Source: a virus (Duplodnaviria > Caudoviricetes). Taken from it: a stretch of 29,360 nucleotides of DNA. Both the position numbers and the translations under genes were made by a program. The notes beneath the pieces were generated by a model. That model made no database searches. It saw nothing but the letters and a program-made list of their open reading frames with translations, and was not told the origin of the DNA. Each line of letters begins with the position of its first letter. The first letter of the stretch is position 1. Location of the stretch: positions 1-29,360 of the IMG/VR virus record IMGVR_UViG_3300023184_000403. One strand, 5' to 3'. Below, one piece after another: positions 1 through 8,999 of this stretch.

Positions 1-1107
1 ACTTCTATTTTGACTTTTGGTGGTATTTTTGTTGGCATATGGGCAACCATTAAATATGTTATTTTGTTTGAATTAAGAATTGATAATAATACTTTTAGAA
101 CTTTATATGAATTATCTTTAAAAGAAGCTAAGTTTATATTAGAAGAAGAATTCTTTTCTGAGAAAAGACAACCTGTTATTTACAGAGCTTTTTGTTTTTT
201 TAAAAATCAACCTTGGTTTTATTTAACTCATGGAGAAAGGCTTCTTCAGGCAGGATTCAATGGAAAAGATCAAATATCTTATGTAATTTGTGCAAGGTGG
301 AACTTTAATAAACTTAAAATATTTTTAAAATCTAATCTTCCATGTTTACAGTTAGAATATTTTGGTATTCCAATTAGAGTTGCAAATCCTTGGTTTACAG
401 ATAAGATTGGATCAATTAAAGAAGCTAATTATCCAATTCAAGCTGAATCTTTTTGGAAGGATCTAGATGAAGACATTCAGCTTGTTGTTGATGGTAAAAT
501 TTCAAAAGCCAGTGCAATTTTTTATGGTGAGCCTGGTAATGGTAAAAGCTCTTTAGTTAAGTATCTGGCAGTTAAGTATAAATTACCGATAGTAATTTTG
601 ACTTTTGTACCAGAATATACAAACATGGAAATTATGTATATGTTTTCGCAAATAAGCGAAAATTGCATAGTTTTACTTGAAGACTTTGATAATTATTTCG
701 ATAAAAGAAAATGTATTATTGGAGAAAGTAATAGTGGAAGTAATAATGTTGGCATTAAATTTACATTTGACTCAATATTAAATTGTTTAGATGGTGTTTA
801 TAATAATTATAAAAAAACAGTATTTATCATGACTGTTAATGATATTGAAAAGGTTGATGTTGCCTTGAAAAATAGGCCAAGTAGATTCAAGCATTTAATG
901 AACTTTGATAATCCTGATTTTGAATTAAGATTTAAAATAATACCATATTGGGCAGAAGAAACTTCTGGATTAAACTTGGATCAAATTTTTAGGATGAAAG
1001 AGTTTAAAGAAAAAGGACTTTCTTTAAGTAGTTCTTTGTTGAAAATTAAAATAGAAAAACAAATAGAAGATATGGAAAATAAAGATTTAAACATGCCATA
1101 TATTTAA
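1..1107 (+). CDS. BCS1-like AAA+ ATPase (probably 5'-truncated by the window edge)
   Basis: Walker A GEPGNGKS, Walker B IVLLEDFD, SILNCLDG, sensor/SRH MTVN...VDVALKNRPSRF; hydrophobic N-terminus; frame open from base 1. Confidence 0.85.
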   Translation, partial: TSILTFGGIFVGIWATIKYVILFELRIDNNTFRTLYELSLKEAKFILEEEFFSEKRQPVIYRAFCFFKNQPWFYLTHGERLLQAGFNGKDQISYVICARWNFNKLKIFLKSNLPCLQLEYFGIPIRVANPWFTDKIGSIKEANYPIQAESFWKDLDEDIQLVVDGKISKASAIFYGEPGNGKSSLVKYLAVKYKLPIVILTFVPEYTNMEIMYMFSQISENCIVLLEDFDNYFDKRKCIIGESNSGSNNVGIKFTFDSILNCLDGVYNNYKKTVFIMTVNDIEKVDVALKNRPSRFKHLMNFDNPDFELRFKIIPYWAEETSGLNLDQIFRMKEFKEKGLSLSSSLLKIKIEKQIEDMENKDLNMPYI

Positions 1108-1165
1108 ATTGTAATTCCATAAACTTAAAGCTATTTAGTTTTATTGCTTTGAGGATATATAAATT

Positions 1166-1543
1166 ATGGTAAATAACAATCAACAAATTTGGGATTTATT
1201 AGAAAAACAAGATATTTCAAAAGTTTATATTTCTTATTCTACTAAAAGAAAAAAAATAGAAGACCAAATAAGTATTATAATTCAAGATGTTACAATTGTT
1301 TGCAAGCATGCAAATCATTCTATTTTTCACGATGAGATATTTAAAGAAGATTCATTTTTAAGAATGCCTATTTTCAATAGTCATAAAGAAATTATAGGAA
1401 AATCAGATGGTCTTCTAACATATGATAATGTTAGAAGAAAAATAACATTAAAAGGAAAGTATAATAAAAAAATTACAGAAGAATACAAAATAGAATTGGA
1501 TGAAAAACATGAATGTTTTAAAGCCAACATTGACAACGATTAG
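1166..1543 (+). CDS. hypothetical protein
   Basis: 125-aa ORF, ATG preceded by GAGGA, in a co-oriented run. Confidence 0.75.
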   Translation: MVNNNQQIWDLLEKQDISKVYISYSTKRKKIEDQISIIIQDVTIVCKHANHSIFHDEIFKEDSFLRMPIFNSHKEIIGKSDGLLTYDNVRRKITLKGKYNKKITEEYKIELDEKHECFKANIDND

Positions 1544-1757
1544 TTATTGTTTGATTATTTATGGTATCTTTTTGATATCTTGGCCAGTTCCGTTTTTATT
1601 TTTAATACCAGAAGACTTGAAATTTATAATTTTTAATTGGATTTACAATCTTGATAATGATAAAAGTAAAATGCCAGAATTACTTTTTCTGTGGTTTTTT
1701 TGGCATGTTCCTTGTGGAATTTTTTATTTTTTAATTGGGTGTTTAGTTAAATTTTAA
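1500..1757 (+). CDS. small membrane protein (two hydrophobic segments)
   Basis: ISYCLIIYGIFLISWPVPFLFLI and LLFLWFFWHVPCGIFYFLIGCLV. Confidence 0.7.
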   Translation: MKNMNVLKPTLTTISYCLIIYGIFLISWPVPFLFLIPEDLKFIIFNWIYNLDNDKSKMPELLFLWFFWHVPCGIFYFLIGCLVKF

Positions 1758-1768
1758 AAAGATAATTT

Positions 1769-2296
1769 ATGAGAAATATATTTTTAATTGCTGATACGCA
1801 TTTTGGTGATCAAAAATTGTGTGATATGCAATTCTTCAATGGAGAAAAATATCGTCCTTGGGATAAATCTTCTGATATGGATGAAGCTTTGATAAGTAAA
1901 TGGAATGAAGTTGTCGGGAAAAACGATATTGTTTATCACCTTGGTGATGTCGCAGTTCAAAAAGAAAAATTAAAGCTGTTAGGTAAATGCAATGGTGAAA
2001 AAGTTCTTATAAGAGGAAATAAAGATAATTTTGGGCTTATTAATTATGTTCCTTATTTTTCTGATATTAAGGGTATTCATGTAATTGATAGGTTTATTTT
2101 AAGTCATGTTCCTTTATTTCATGTTTGTATTAAAGATGGAAGGGTTAATATTCATGGTCACTTACACAGGCAGGAAATTAAAAGTAATAAATATTTAAAT
2201 GTCAGTGTCGAAAAAATAAATTACAGGCCTATTTCAGTTGATGAAATAAAAATAAAACTAGACAGAGATGAAATGTATTCTTTGTTCGCAGATTAG
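1769..2296 (+). CDS. calcineurin-like metallophosphoesterase
   Basis: motifs ADTHFG, YHLGDV, RGNKD, LSHVP, IHGHLH, LNVSVE. Confidence 0.92.
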   Translation: MRNIFLIADTHFGDQKLCDMQFFNGEKYRPWDKSSDMDEALISKWNEVVGKNDIVYHLGDVAVQKEKLKLLGKCNGEKVLIRGNKDNFGLINYVPYFSDIKGIHVIDRFILSHVPLFHVCIKDGRVNIHGHLHRQEIKSNKYLNVSVEKINYRPISVDEIKIKLDRDEMYSLFAD

Positions 2297-2302
2297 TAAC
2301 TG

Positions 2303-2887
2303 TTAAAGTCTAAATGCTGGAAGAATAAAATTGAAATTTATTTCTATGATTCCTTCTTTGTTTTTCATTTTTTCTAAATTATTAATAAAATCTATTAACT
2401 TTTTATTAATTTCTAAGTTTTTATTAGCTAAAGCATCTTTTTCCAATGTTGAAAATATTTCTATTTTATCAAACATTTTTATTTTGCAATCAGACAGTTT
2501 CTCAAAATAAGCATTTTTAATGAAGTTACCTGTTTTTCTATCAACGAAATGAATATATTTTGGGTTGAGTAAATCATCTCTAACAACTAAAAGGATAATT
2601 CGTTTCTTTACTTTTTGCATTATTTCATCGTAAACACTATCAATATTAACATTGCTTGAAATAGATATTTTCCCAACTAATGCAAGTTCTCCTTTAACAT
2701 TTACATAGTCTTCTTCAAAATCAATTTTTATTTTTTTTTCTTCTTCTTTAGCTTTTGGATTGTTTTTCTGTGCTTGTGCTACTAATGCAGGAATTGGTTT
2801 TGCTGGAGGCAAATCTCCGTCTATGTATTCCATGAAATACTTAAAAGAAAAGTATTTTTTATTATTTTGTCTAAATGAATAATTCAT
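2303..2887 (-). CDS. hypothetical protein
   Basis: 194-aa ORF; TAAATA-N4-ATG upstream. Confidence 0.7.
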   Translation of the reverse strand: MNYSFRQNNKKYFSFKYFMEYIDGDLPPAKPIPALVAQAQKNNPKAKEEEKKIKIDFEEDYVNVKGELALVGKISISSNVNIDSVYDEIMQKVKKRIILLVVRDDLLNPKYIHFVDRKTGNFIKNAYFEKLSDCKIKMFDKIEIFSTLEKDALANKNLEINKKLIDFINNLEKMKNKEGIIEINFNFILPAFRL

Positions 2888-2913
2888 ATATTATTTAGTT
2901 GTTTTATTGATAT

Positions 2914-3624
2914 TTAAAATAAATTTTTATTATTTTTTGACTCAGTATTTATTAATTTCTTCTTTTTTCTTTTTTCTCTTCTTTTTAAAATCTCTTTATC
3001 TCTTTTTAATTTATAAATTTCAGGAGTAAGCCATATTTCTTTTCCTATTCTATTGTATTGAAAAAAAATGTAATTATCTTGTTGTCTTACTGCTCCTCTT
3101 TTTAATTTAACTATTATGTTATCCATATTAACTTGTCTTTTCTTCTTTGATTTAAAATGTCTTTTTGCATAGGTAATTCTTAATGATTCTTTTTTTTCTT
3201 CAAGCTTTTTTTTGCTTCCAAAAAAGCATTTATTTCCAACTTTATGAATCACAAACAAGTTTGGTTTATCTGGATTTTGATCACCAAATTTCAAATTTTG
3301 CACGGGCAGATCAGAACATCTTTTTACATATTCTTTTCTTCTTAAATCTTGTCTTTTCCTAAATTTATCTAAAAAAACTTTATTTCTCCATACTTCCTTG
3401 CCAGAACTGGAAATCCCTATGAAATATAGATTTTTTTGATGATCATAATCACCAATGCTTTTGGGTTCTTTTTTTAGTTTTTTATAAAGCTCTAAGCATT
3501 TTCTAACATAAGTTTTTCTTTTAATTTCTCTATTTTCGTATTGTTCTTTAGTTAGCCATAGTTGCATGCCTCTTTGCATTCTTGCAAATAGTTTTCCATC
3601 TTCTCTAATTGTTCCTCTTTTCAC
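2914..3624 (-). CDS. highly basic protein with four degenerate ~30-aa repeats, putative nucleic-acid binding
   Basis: GTG start with GGAGG SD; repeats KRGTIREDGKLF..W, SIGDYDHQKNLYF..W, KFGDQNPDKPNLF, KRGAVRQQDNYIF..W. Confidence 0.75.
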   Translation of the reverse strand: MKRGTIREDGKLFARMQRGMQLWLTKEQYENREIKRKTYVRKCLELYKKLKKEPKSIGDYDHQKNLYFIGISSSGKEVWRNKVFLDKFRKRQDLRRKEYVKRCSDLPVQNLKFGDQNPDKPNLFVIHKVGNKCFFGSKKKLEEKKESLRITYAKRHFKSKKKRQVNMDNIIVKLKRGAVRQQDNYIFFQYNRIGKEIWLTPEIYKLKRDKEILKRREKRKKKKLINTESKNNKNLF

Positions 3625-3651
3625 GATAAGCCTCCAGCTGATTAATTAACG

Positions 3652-3688
3652 AAACTCCTCTGATTTAATAATAAATCAAAAGGAGTTT
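3652..3688 (-). terminator. imperfect hairpin, possible terminator or attenuator after the methyltransferase gene
   Basis: AAACTCCT-C-TGATTTA / TAAATCA-AA-AGGAGTTT inverted repeat; weak U tail. Confidence 0.45.
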
Positions 3689-3711
3689 TAAATCAATAAT
3701 TTAATTAAGCT

Positions 3712-4590
3712 TTATTTTCCAAGAATATAATCAACAAAATTTACACCAAGTTGAAATGTTGGTTTGTCCATGAAATTATAATCTTTTGTAATTTTTTCTA
3801 TAATTTTAGAATCTTTAATTATTGGTTCTAATTCTTGATTTACAATATTTTCTGTAATAATATTAAATCCTGTTGCTAAAATTGTATCTCTGTATTTTTT
3901 TAAAGGATAAAAATTTTTATTTACTTTTGAATTTATTTTTTTACCTAAAAAATATTCCAATTCGCTTTCAGTTAAAGCAATATGAACAAAAGCTTTATTG
4001 CATTCGTTATAAATGTGTCCACCGTGCCTAGAGGTCCAAGGATGCATTCTAACATAGAGTTTACCTTGAGCAGATAAAACTTTTTTAATTTTATTAAAAA
4101 CATCAACTTCTGATTCATTTTCTAAATGATCAAATACATCATACATTAAAATAATATCATAAGGTCCTTTTTCTTCAACAACAGACCAATCTGTCGTAAA
4201 CGAATCTTTATTTTTTTCTTTTAAAGAAGGAGAGAAAACATCTTTTATATCATATCCTAATGAATAAGATGCTTTGTTATCATAAGCAGTGATTACAATA
4301 TGTCCTTCTCCACAGCCAAAATCAAGAAATTTTTTATTTCTAAGATTTTCTTCAATGTAAAGATCAATGACACTGTTGGCTCTTTCAACTTTATCTTCTT
4401 CTGAATTAATATCACAAATCATTGAAGGGTCAACAGCTTCTGGCCATAATGGGCTTTTTAAGCTTTCCATTGCTAGATAAGAAGAGGCTGAGTTTTTTTG
4501 ATTTGGGATAAGAAAGTTTATTTTTATATTTAATTCTTCGATTTTATCTTGAAGAATTTTCATTTCTTTGATTAAATTTTCATCATTCAT
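3712..4590 (-). CDS. class I SAM-dependent methyltransferase
   Basis: motif I FLDFGCGEG, SLGYDI, YDIILMYDVFDHL, LSAQGKLYV; N-terminal coiled coil. Confidence 0.9.
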   Translation of the reverse strand: MNDENLIKEMKILQDKIEELNIKINFLIPNQKNSASSYLAMESLKSPLWPEAVDPSMICDINSEEDKVERANSVIDLYIEENLRNKKFLDFGCGEGHIVITAYDNKASYSLGYDIKDVFSPSLKEKNKDSFTTDWSVVEEKGPYDIILMYDVFDHLENESEVDVFNKIKKVLSAQGKLYVRMHPWTSRHGGHIYNECNKAFVHIALTESELEYFLGKKINSKVNKNFYPLKKYRDTILATGFNIITENIVNQELEPIIKDSKIIEKITKDYNFMDKPTFQLGVNFVDYILGK

Positions 4591-4642
4591 GGTATCTTAT
4601 AATAATTATCATTTTAATTTTTTAAAAAGAAAATTGGAAAAA

Positions 4643-6268
4643 ATGGCAAAATATTTTGTTGTTGTAGGTGGAGTTTTTAGTGGTATTGGCAAGGGAATAT
4701 CTATTGCATCAATTGGGTACTTGCTTTCTTTGAGAAGTTTAAAAGTTATTCCAATAAAATTTGATCCATATTTAAATACAAATGCTGGGATTCTTGCTCC
4801 AAGAGAACATGGAGAAGTATTTCTTTGCAACGATGGCAGTGAAACAGATTTAGATTTAGGTCATTATGAAAGAATAATTGGCTGTCAAGTCTCTAAGAAC
4901 AATATTTGTACCAGTGGAACTATTTATAAAGAAATTATAGAAGAACAAGAAGAAGGTAAATATCTTGGCGAGACTGTTCAAATAATTCCTCATGTAACAA
5001 ATAAAATCATTGAAAAATTAAAAAACTTAGGAAAAGATAACGATGTTGTGTTGGTTGAAATTGGTGGTACAGTAGGAGATATTGAAAGTGGCCCTTTCAT
5101 GGAAGCAATTAGGCAGTTTAAGCGAAAAAACCCAGACGATGTAATTGTTGCTTTATGTGCTCCTATTTTATGGGTTCCTACAATAAAAGAATTTAAAACT
5201 AAGCCTTTGCAGCAAGCTGTGCAAACAATGCAATCTTGTGGTTTACAACCTGAAGTTTTGTTATGCAGAGCAGAGAAGGAAATTCCTTCTAAGATACTTG
5301 ATAAAATTAGTGCTTTGACAAATGTTCCAAAAGATGCTGTATTTGAAGCATTAGATGTTAAATCAATTTATCAAGTTCCAATTGAATTTTATAATAGGCA
5401 TGTAGATGATTTGATTATTGATAAATTTCATTTACCTAGAAATGGATTAAGAATTCATAAATATAAAGATTTGGTTGAAAAATATGTTAATTGTGATGAT
5501 TTAACTTCTATTAAAATAGGAATTTTGGGCAAATATGATAATTGTGACGAAGCTTATTTAAGTTTAAAAGAAGCAGTTTTCCATGCTGGCGTAGCTGCTA
5601 ATGTTAAAGTTGAAATTGAATGGCTATCAGCACAAGAAATTGAACAGATTAAGGATCAAAAAGCTTTTTGTAAAATATTTGAATCTATTGATGGATTAAT
5701 TGTGCCTGGTGGTTTTGATTCAAAGGGAATTGAAGGAAAAATAAAAGGTATTTCTTGTGTTAGAAATAAAAAAATTCCTTTTCTTGGAATATGCTTAGGA
5801 TTGCAATGTGCCGTTATTGAGTTTGCAAGACATGTAGGGCTAGAAGCTGCTAATTCACAAGAATTTGACCCAGATACAAAATACCCAGTTGTACATTTTA
5901 TAGCTGGGCAAGAAAAGCTTAAGAAAAAATCTTCCAACATGCGTCTTGGTGCTTTTGATTGTGATATATCAAAAGATTCATTAGCATTTGATCTTTATAA
6001 AAAGAAAACAATATCTGAAAGGCATAGGCACAGATACGAAGTTAATGATTTATTAATTGATGAAAAGTTTTACAAAGAAGGCTTTAGAATTACAGGAAGA
6101 TACTTAGAATCAAATTTAGTAGAAATAATTGAATTAGACAAAGAAATTCATCCTTTTTTTATTGCAACTCAAGCACATCCTGAGTTTAAAAGTAGACTGA
6201 CTGCACCATCTCCTTTATTCTTAGGTTTAATTGAAGCTGCTAAAAAGAAAAAAGAAGTTAATATATAG
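4643..6268 (+). CDS. pyrG: CTP synthase
   Basis: GGVFSGIGKG, KFDPYLN, HGEVF, ETDLDLGHYER, GGTVGDIE, KTKP, GICLG, ERHRHRYE, HPE; start moved to ATG 4643 (MAKYFVV). Confidence 0.98.
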   Translation: MAKYFVVVGGVFSGIGKGISIASIGYLLSLRSLKVIPIKFDPYLNTNAGILAPREHGEVFLCNDGSETDLDLGHYERIIGCQVSKNNICTSGTIYKEIIEEQEEGKYLGETVQIIPHVTNKIIEKLKNLGKDNDVVLVEIGGTVGDIESGPFMEAIRQFKRKNPDDVIVALCAPILWVPTIKEFKTKPLQQAVQTMQSCGLQPEVLLCRAEKEIPSKILDKISALTNVPKDAVFEALDVKSIYQVPIEFYNRHVDDLIIDKFHLPRNGLRIHKYKDLVEKYVNCDDLTSIKIGILGKYDNCDEAYLSLKEAVFHAGVAANVKVEIEWLSAQEIEQIKDQKAFCKIFESIDGLIVPGGFDSKGIEGKIKGISCVRNKKIPFLGICLGLQCAVIEFARHVGLEAANSQEFDPDTKYPVVHFIAGQEKLKKKSSNMRLGAFDCDISKDSLAFDLYKKKTISERHRHRYEVNDLLIDEKFYKEGFRITGRYLESNLVEIIELDKEIHPFFIATQAHPEFKSRLTAPSPLFLGLIEAAKKKKEVNI

Positions 6269-6271
6269 TTT

Positions 6272-6661
6272 ATGAATAATTTTAAAGAATTTATATTAAA
6301 TGAGAACAAGCAATTTTTTGCCACACAATGTGGTGATATTTTAAACGCAATTCAAAATATTGCAGAAGAAGCAAGTTATATAGGAGAAAGAAATCTTGTT
6401 AAATATAGTCAAAATATTGCAAATAATATTAGAAATTTAATTAAATCTAGCAGAATTAGCGATAATGATTTTAAAGATCATTTAAGGGATCTGCAAAAAA
6501 TAGCAACTTCAATATTGAAATCAATAGAAGAATCATCGGGATTACTAGATATAATTAAATCTGCAAAGTCATCTTTGGAAGAACTTGTTCAAAAACTTGG
6601 CACTCCAATTAACAATATTGGAATACCAGAAAAAGAATCTACGGCTAAAGAAACAGAATAA
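6272..6661 (+). CDS. hypothetical protein, candidate head-internal protein
   Basis: N-terminus MNNFKEFILNE resembles the T4 capsid-targeting sequence. Confidence 0.7.
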   Translation: MNNFKEFILNENKQFFATQCGDILNAIQNIAEEASYIGERNLVKYSQNIANNIRNLIKSSRISDNDFKDHLRDLQKIATSILKSIEESSGLLDIIKSAKSSLEELVQKLGTPINNIGIPEKESTAKETE

Positions 6662-6664
6662 AAA

Positions 6665-7483
6665 ATGTGTGGAATAAGCGGATTTATTGGAAGTTCAAAT
6701 AACAAGTCTTTGTCGTTTGAATTATTAAGTAATTTATTTTATAATTTACAAATCAGAGGAAAAGACGCTTCTGGTTATTATGCTTGTTCTAATAATAATG
6801 AAGTTTACTATCATAAGCAAAAAGGCGAATCTTCAGAAATTATTAATTCTAAAGAATGGTATAGTTTAAAAGATTTAAACTTGAATTTATTTTTATTACA
6901 TACAAGAAGAACATCTTCAAACTCAGGTTCTTCGGATAACAATGAAAACAATCACCCTTTTGTAAATCAAGATAAAACCATGGCTTTAGTTCATAATGGA
7001 ATTATCAATGATAAAGATTTTAAAAAATTAAAATCATTTTTAAGTGTAATTTCTGATTGCGATTCTGAAATATTATTAAGTTTTTTATTGAAAAAAGAAT
7101 TTGAAAATGAAGAGTATTTTTATAAAAGACTTGAAAGATTAAATGAACTTTTGTTTTTTATTAAAAATAGCGAATATGCTTTTGCTTTCTCGGATTTATT
7201 AAAGGATAAAATTAGTTTATGGTTAGTTAAAAATGATAAAAGACCATTGTATATTATTGATTTAAAAGAATCTTTGAATCAATATTTTTTTGTATCTACA
7301 ATAGAAATATGGCAAAATTCAATAAGTAATATTAAAAATATTAATAAACTACTTGGAAATTATAATATAATAAATATACCTGAGTTTTCTATTGTAAATT
7401 TAACTTACGAAAATTCATTTTTCAATAAAATCGGATTTCGTTTTAATAATTACGAATTTAAAGAAAAAGAATTTTTATATTAG
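6665..7483 (+). CDS. class II (Ntn) glutamine amidotransferase domain protein
   Basis: MCGISG with Cys2 nucleophile, RGKDASG, HTR, NNHPF, VHNGII, DCDSE. Confidence 0.92.
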   Translation: MCGISGFIGSSNNKSLSFELLSNLFYNLQIRGKDASGYYACSNNNEVYYHKQKGESSEIINSKEWYSLKDLNLNLFLLHTRRTSSNSGSSDNNENNHPFVNQDKTMALVHNGIINDKDFKKLKSFLSVISDCDSEILLSFLLKKEFENEEYFYKRLERLNELLFFIKNSEYAFAFSDLLKDKISLWLVKNDKRPLYIIDLKESLNQYFFVSTIEIWQNSISNIKNINKLLGNYNIINIPEFSIVNLTYENSFFNKIGFRFNNYEFKEKEFLY

Positions 7484-7490
7484 GAGGAAA

Positions 7491-8024
7491 ATGAATGAAG
7501 ATTGGGAAAATGATTACGAGGTTGATGATATTTTGAAAAATGAAAAAAAATCAAAAAAAGTAAATGGCAATAGTAAAGGTAAAAGAACTGAAAGATCTTT
7601 GGCAAATATATTAAATAAAAGATTTACCAGTGGGTTTAGTCGTACAGTAGGCTCTGGAAATCGTTGGGCACAAGTAAAAAACTTACCTCAACATGCAAAG
7701 GATACTTTAACAGGCGATTTATGCTGTCCTGAAGGATTTAAATTTGTAATTGAATCTAAAGGCGGTTATTCAAAAGTTGATTTAAACAACATATTTGACA
7801 AGGGAAACTCTGAACTAGATGAGTTTATCGAGCAAGTTTCTAAAGATTCAGAAAGATGTGAAAAGAAGCCATTGTTAATATGGAAGAAAAATCACAAACC
7901 TTGGCTTGCTTTTGTAAAGAGTCAAGATTTGGAAGGCGAGTATAAATATAAAATTATTTACAGAGATTGGGTTATCGTACCATTGAAAGAACTTCTTGAA
8001 CTACCAGATAGTTACTTTTTTTAA
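7491..8024 (+). CDS. Holliday-junction resolvase-like PD-(D/E)XK nuclease
   Basis: KGKRTERSLA, GDL, IESK, EQV, KPLLIWKKN; AGGAGG SD. Confidence 0.82.
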   Translation: MNEDWENDYEVDDILKNEKKSKKVNGNSKGKRTERSLANILNKRFTSGFSRTVGSGNRWAQVKNLPQHAKDTLTGDLCCPEGFKFVIESKGGYSKVDLNNIFDKGNSELDEFIEQVSKDSERCEKKPLLIWKKNHKPWLAFVKSQDLEGEYKYKIIYRDWVIVPLKELLELPDSYFF

Positions 8025-8761
8025 TTATAAACTTGCAATGATTGTCTGTCGCTAATGTAAACACTATCGCCAAAATCAAGTTCAAACCACACATCATATA
8101 TTGCTATGTCTAAATCTGTTGTATCAAGCATGTAATATCCATATAGTTTTTCTCTGTAGTCCATATCTGCCTTTTCAACAACCATTCTTAAGTCTGTTTC
8201 ACAAGGTAGGCAAGTCCCAGTTCTTTGTTCAATGCTAATTTTCAAATTGCCTCTAATGGCTAAATTTTCATAATATCTTTGAAGATCAGTACCCTTTGGT
8301 ACATTTGGTGTAATTTGAGCAATTAGATATTGTTTAGAGCCTTTTCGTAGCCTGTTAGGTCTGAATTGGAATGAAAAATCATAAACAAGTGGAATGGGAG
8401 CAGTATAAAAAAGATCAGGGTAAATTTGAAATATATTAGTTACATTTACAGGCTCTTCTTCATTTTCAAATATAACATTCCAAACATCGAAATAATAACC
8501 AATTGTGTAAGCTGGAGCAGAAGTTTTTAAATTTAAAAGATATTTACCTGTGCTTTCTTTAGTTACATCTTCACCTTTTATTTTTTCAACTAAATAGCTT
8601 TCATCTGGATTTTTAATATCAGATGAAGTACTATTTACTTTGTAGATATCAATGTGATTAATGGTTTTTATGTCGGCAAAATTATTTGAATTATACACAA
8701 ATAATCTAAGTTTAATATCATCGCCAACTACAGGATTTTGATATCTTTCTTTTATTGACAT
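8021..8761 (-). CDS. hypothetical beta-rich protein, possibly virion/baseplate associated
   Basis: downstream of the hub genes on the same strand; two similar segments GYYFDVWNV and AIYDVWFEL. Confidence 0.7.
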   Translation of the reverse strand: MSIKERYQNPVVGDDIKLRLFVYNSNNFADIKTINHIDIYKVNSTSSDIKNPDESYLVEKIKGEDVTKESTGKYLLNLKTSAPAYTIGYYFDVWNVIFENEEEPVNVTNIFQIYPDLFYTAPIPLVYDFSFQFRPNRLRKGSKQYLIAQITPNVPKGTDLQRYYENLAIRGNLKISIEQRTGTCLPCETDLRMVVEKADMDYREKLYGYYMLDTTDLDIAIYDVWFELDFGDSVYISDRQSLQVYN

Positions 8762-8780
8762 AATTTACTTGCTCGCTTAA

Positions 8781-8999
8781 TTATTTTTTCTTACTTTGTT
8801 TTTTTGCTTCTTCGTTTTCTTTATTTCTTTGTTCGATAAATCTTTCAATCATGAATGATCTTTCATTAATAGGCATAGACATGACAGAAAATCTATCCAT
8901 GTGAAGATGATATTGAAAGAAAAATATTATTTCTGCTAAATTTCTCCATAAAACTATGCTTGGGTCACTTCCTTCTTCCGCCTTGGGAAGAAAAAATTT
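8781..8999 (-). CDS. gp51-like baseplate hub assembly / tail chaperone segment, -1 frame relative to the upstream gene (absent from the ORF track)
   Basis: open frame KFFLPKAEEGSDPSIVLWRNLAEIIFFFQYHLHMDRFSVMSMPINERSFMIERFIEQRNKENEEAKKQSKKK*; YH...MPxxER resembles T4 gp51-type proteins. Confidence 0.78.
   Translation of the reverse strand, partial: KFFLPKAEEGSDPSIVLWRNLAEIIFFFQYHLHMDRFSVMSMPINERSFMIERFIEQRNKENEEAKKQSKKK

Noticed and set aside
4568-4642. N-terminal extension of PyrG from TTG 4568
   Set aside because: Overlaps the divergent methyltransferase start; family homology begins at MAKYF (4643)
8936-8956. Stop-codon readthrough or recoding of the gp26-like TAG
   Set aside because: Frame 0 meets another TAG after five codons; TAG, TGA and TAA all end well-formed genes elsewhere, so no sign of an alternative code
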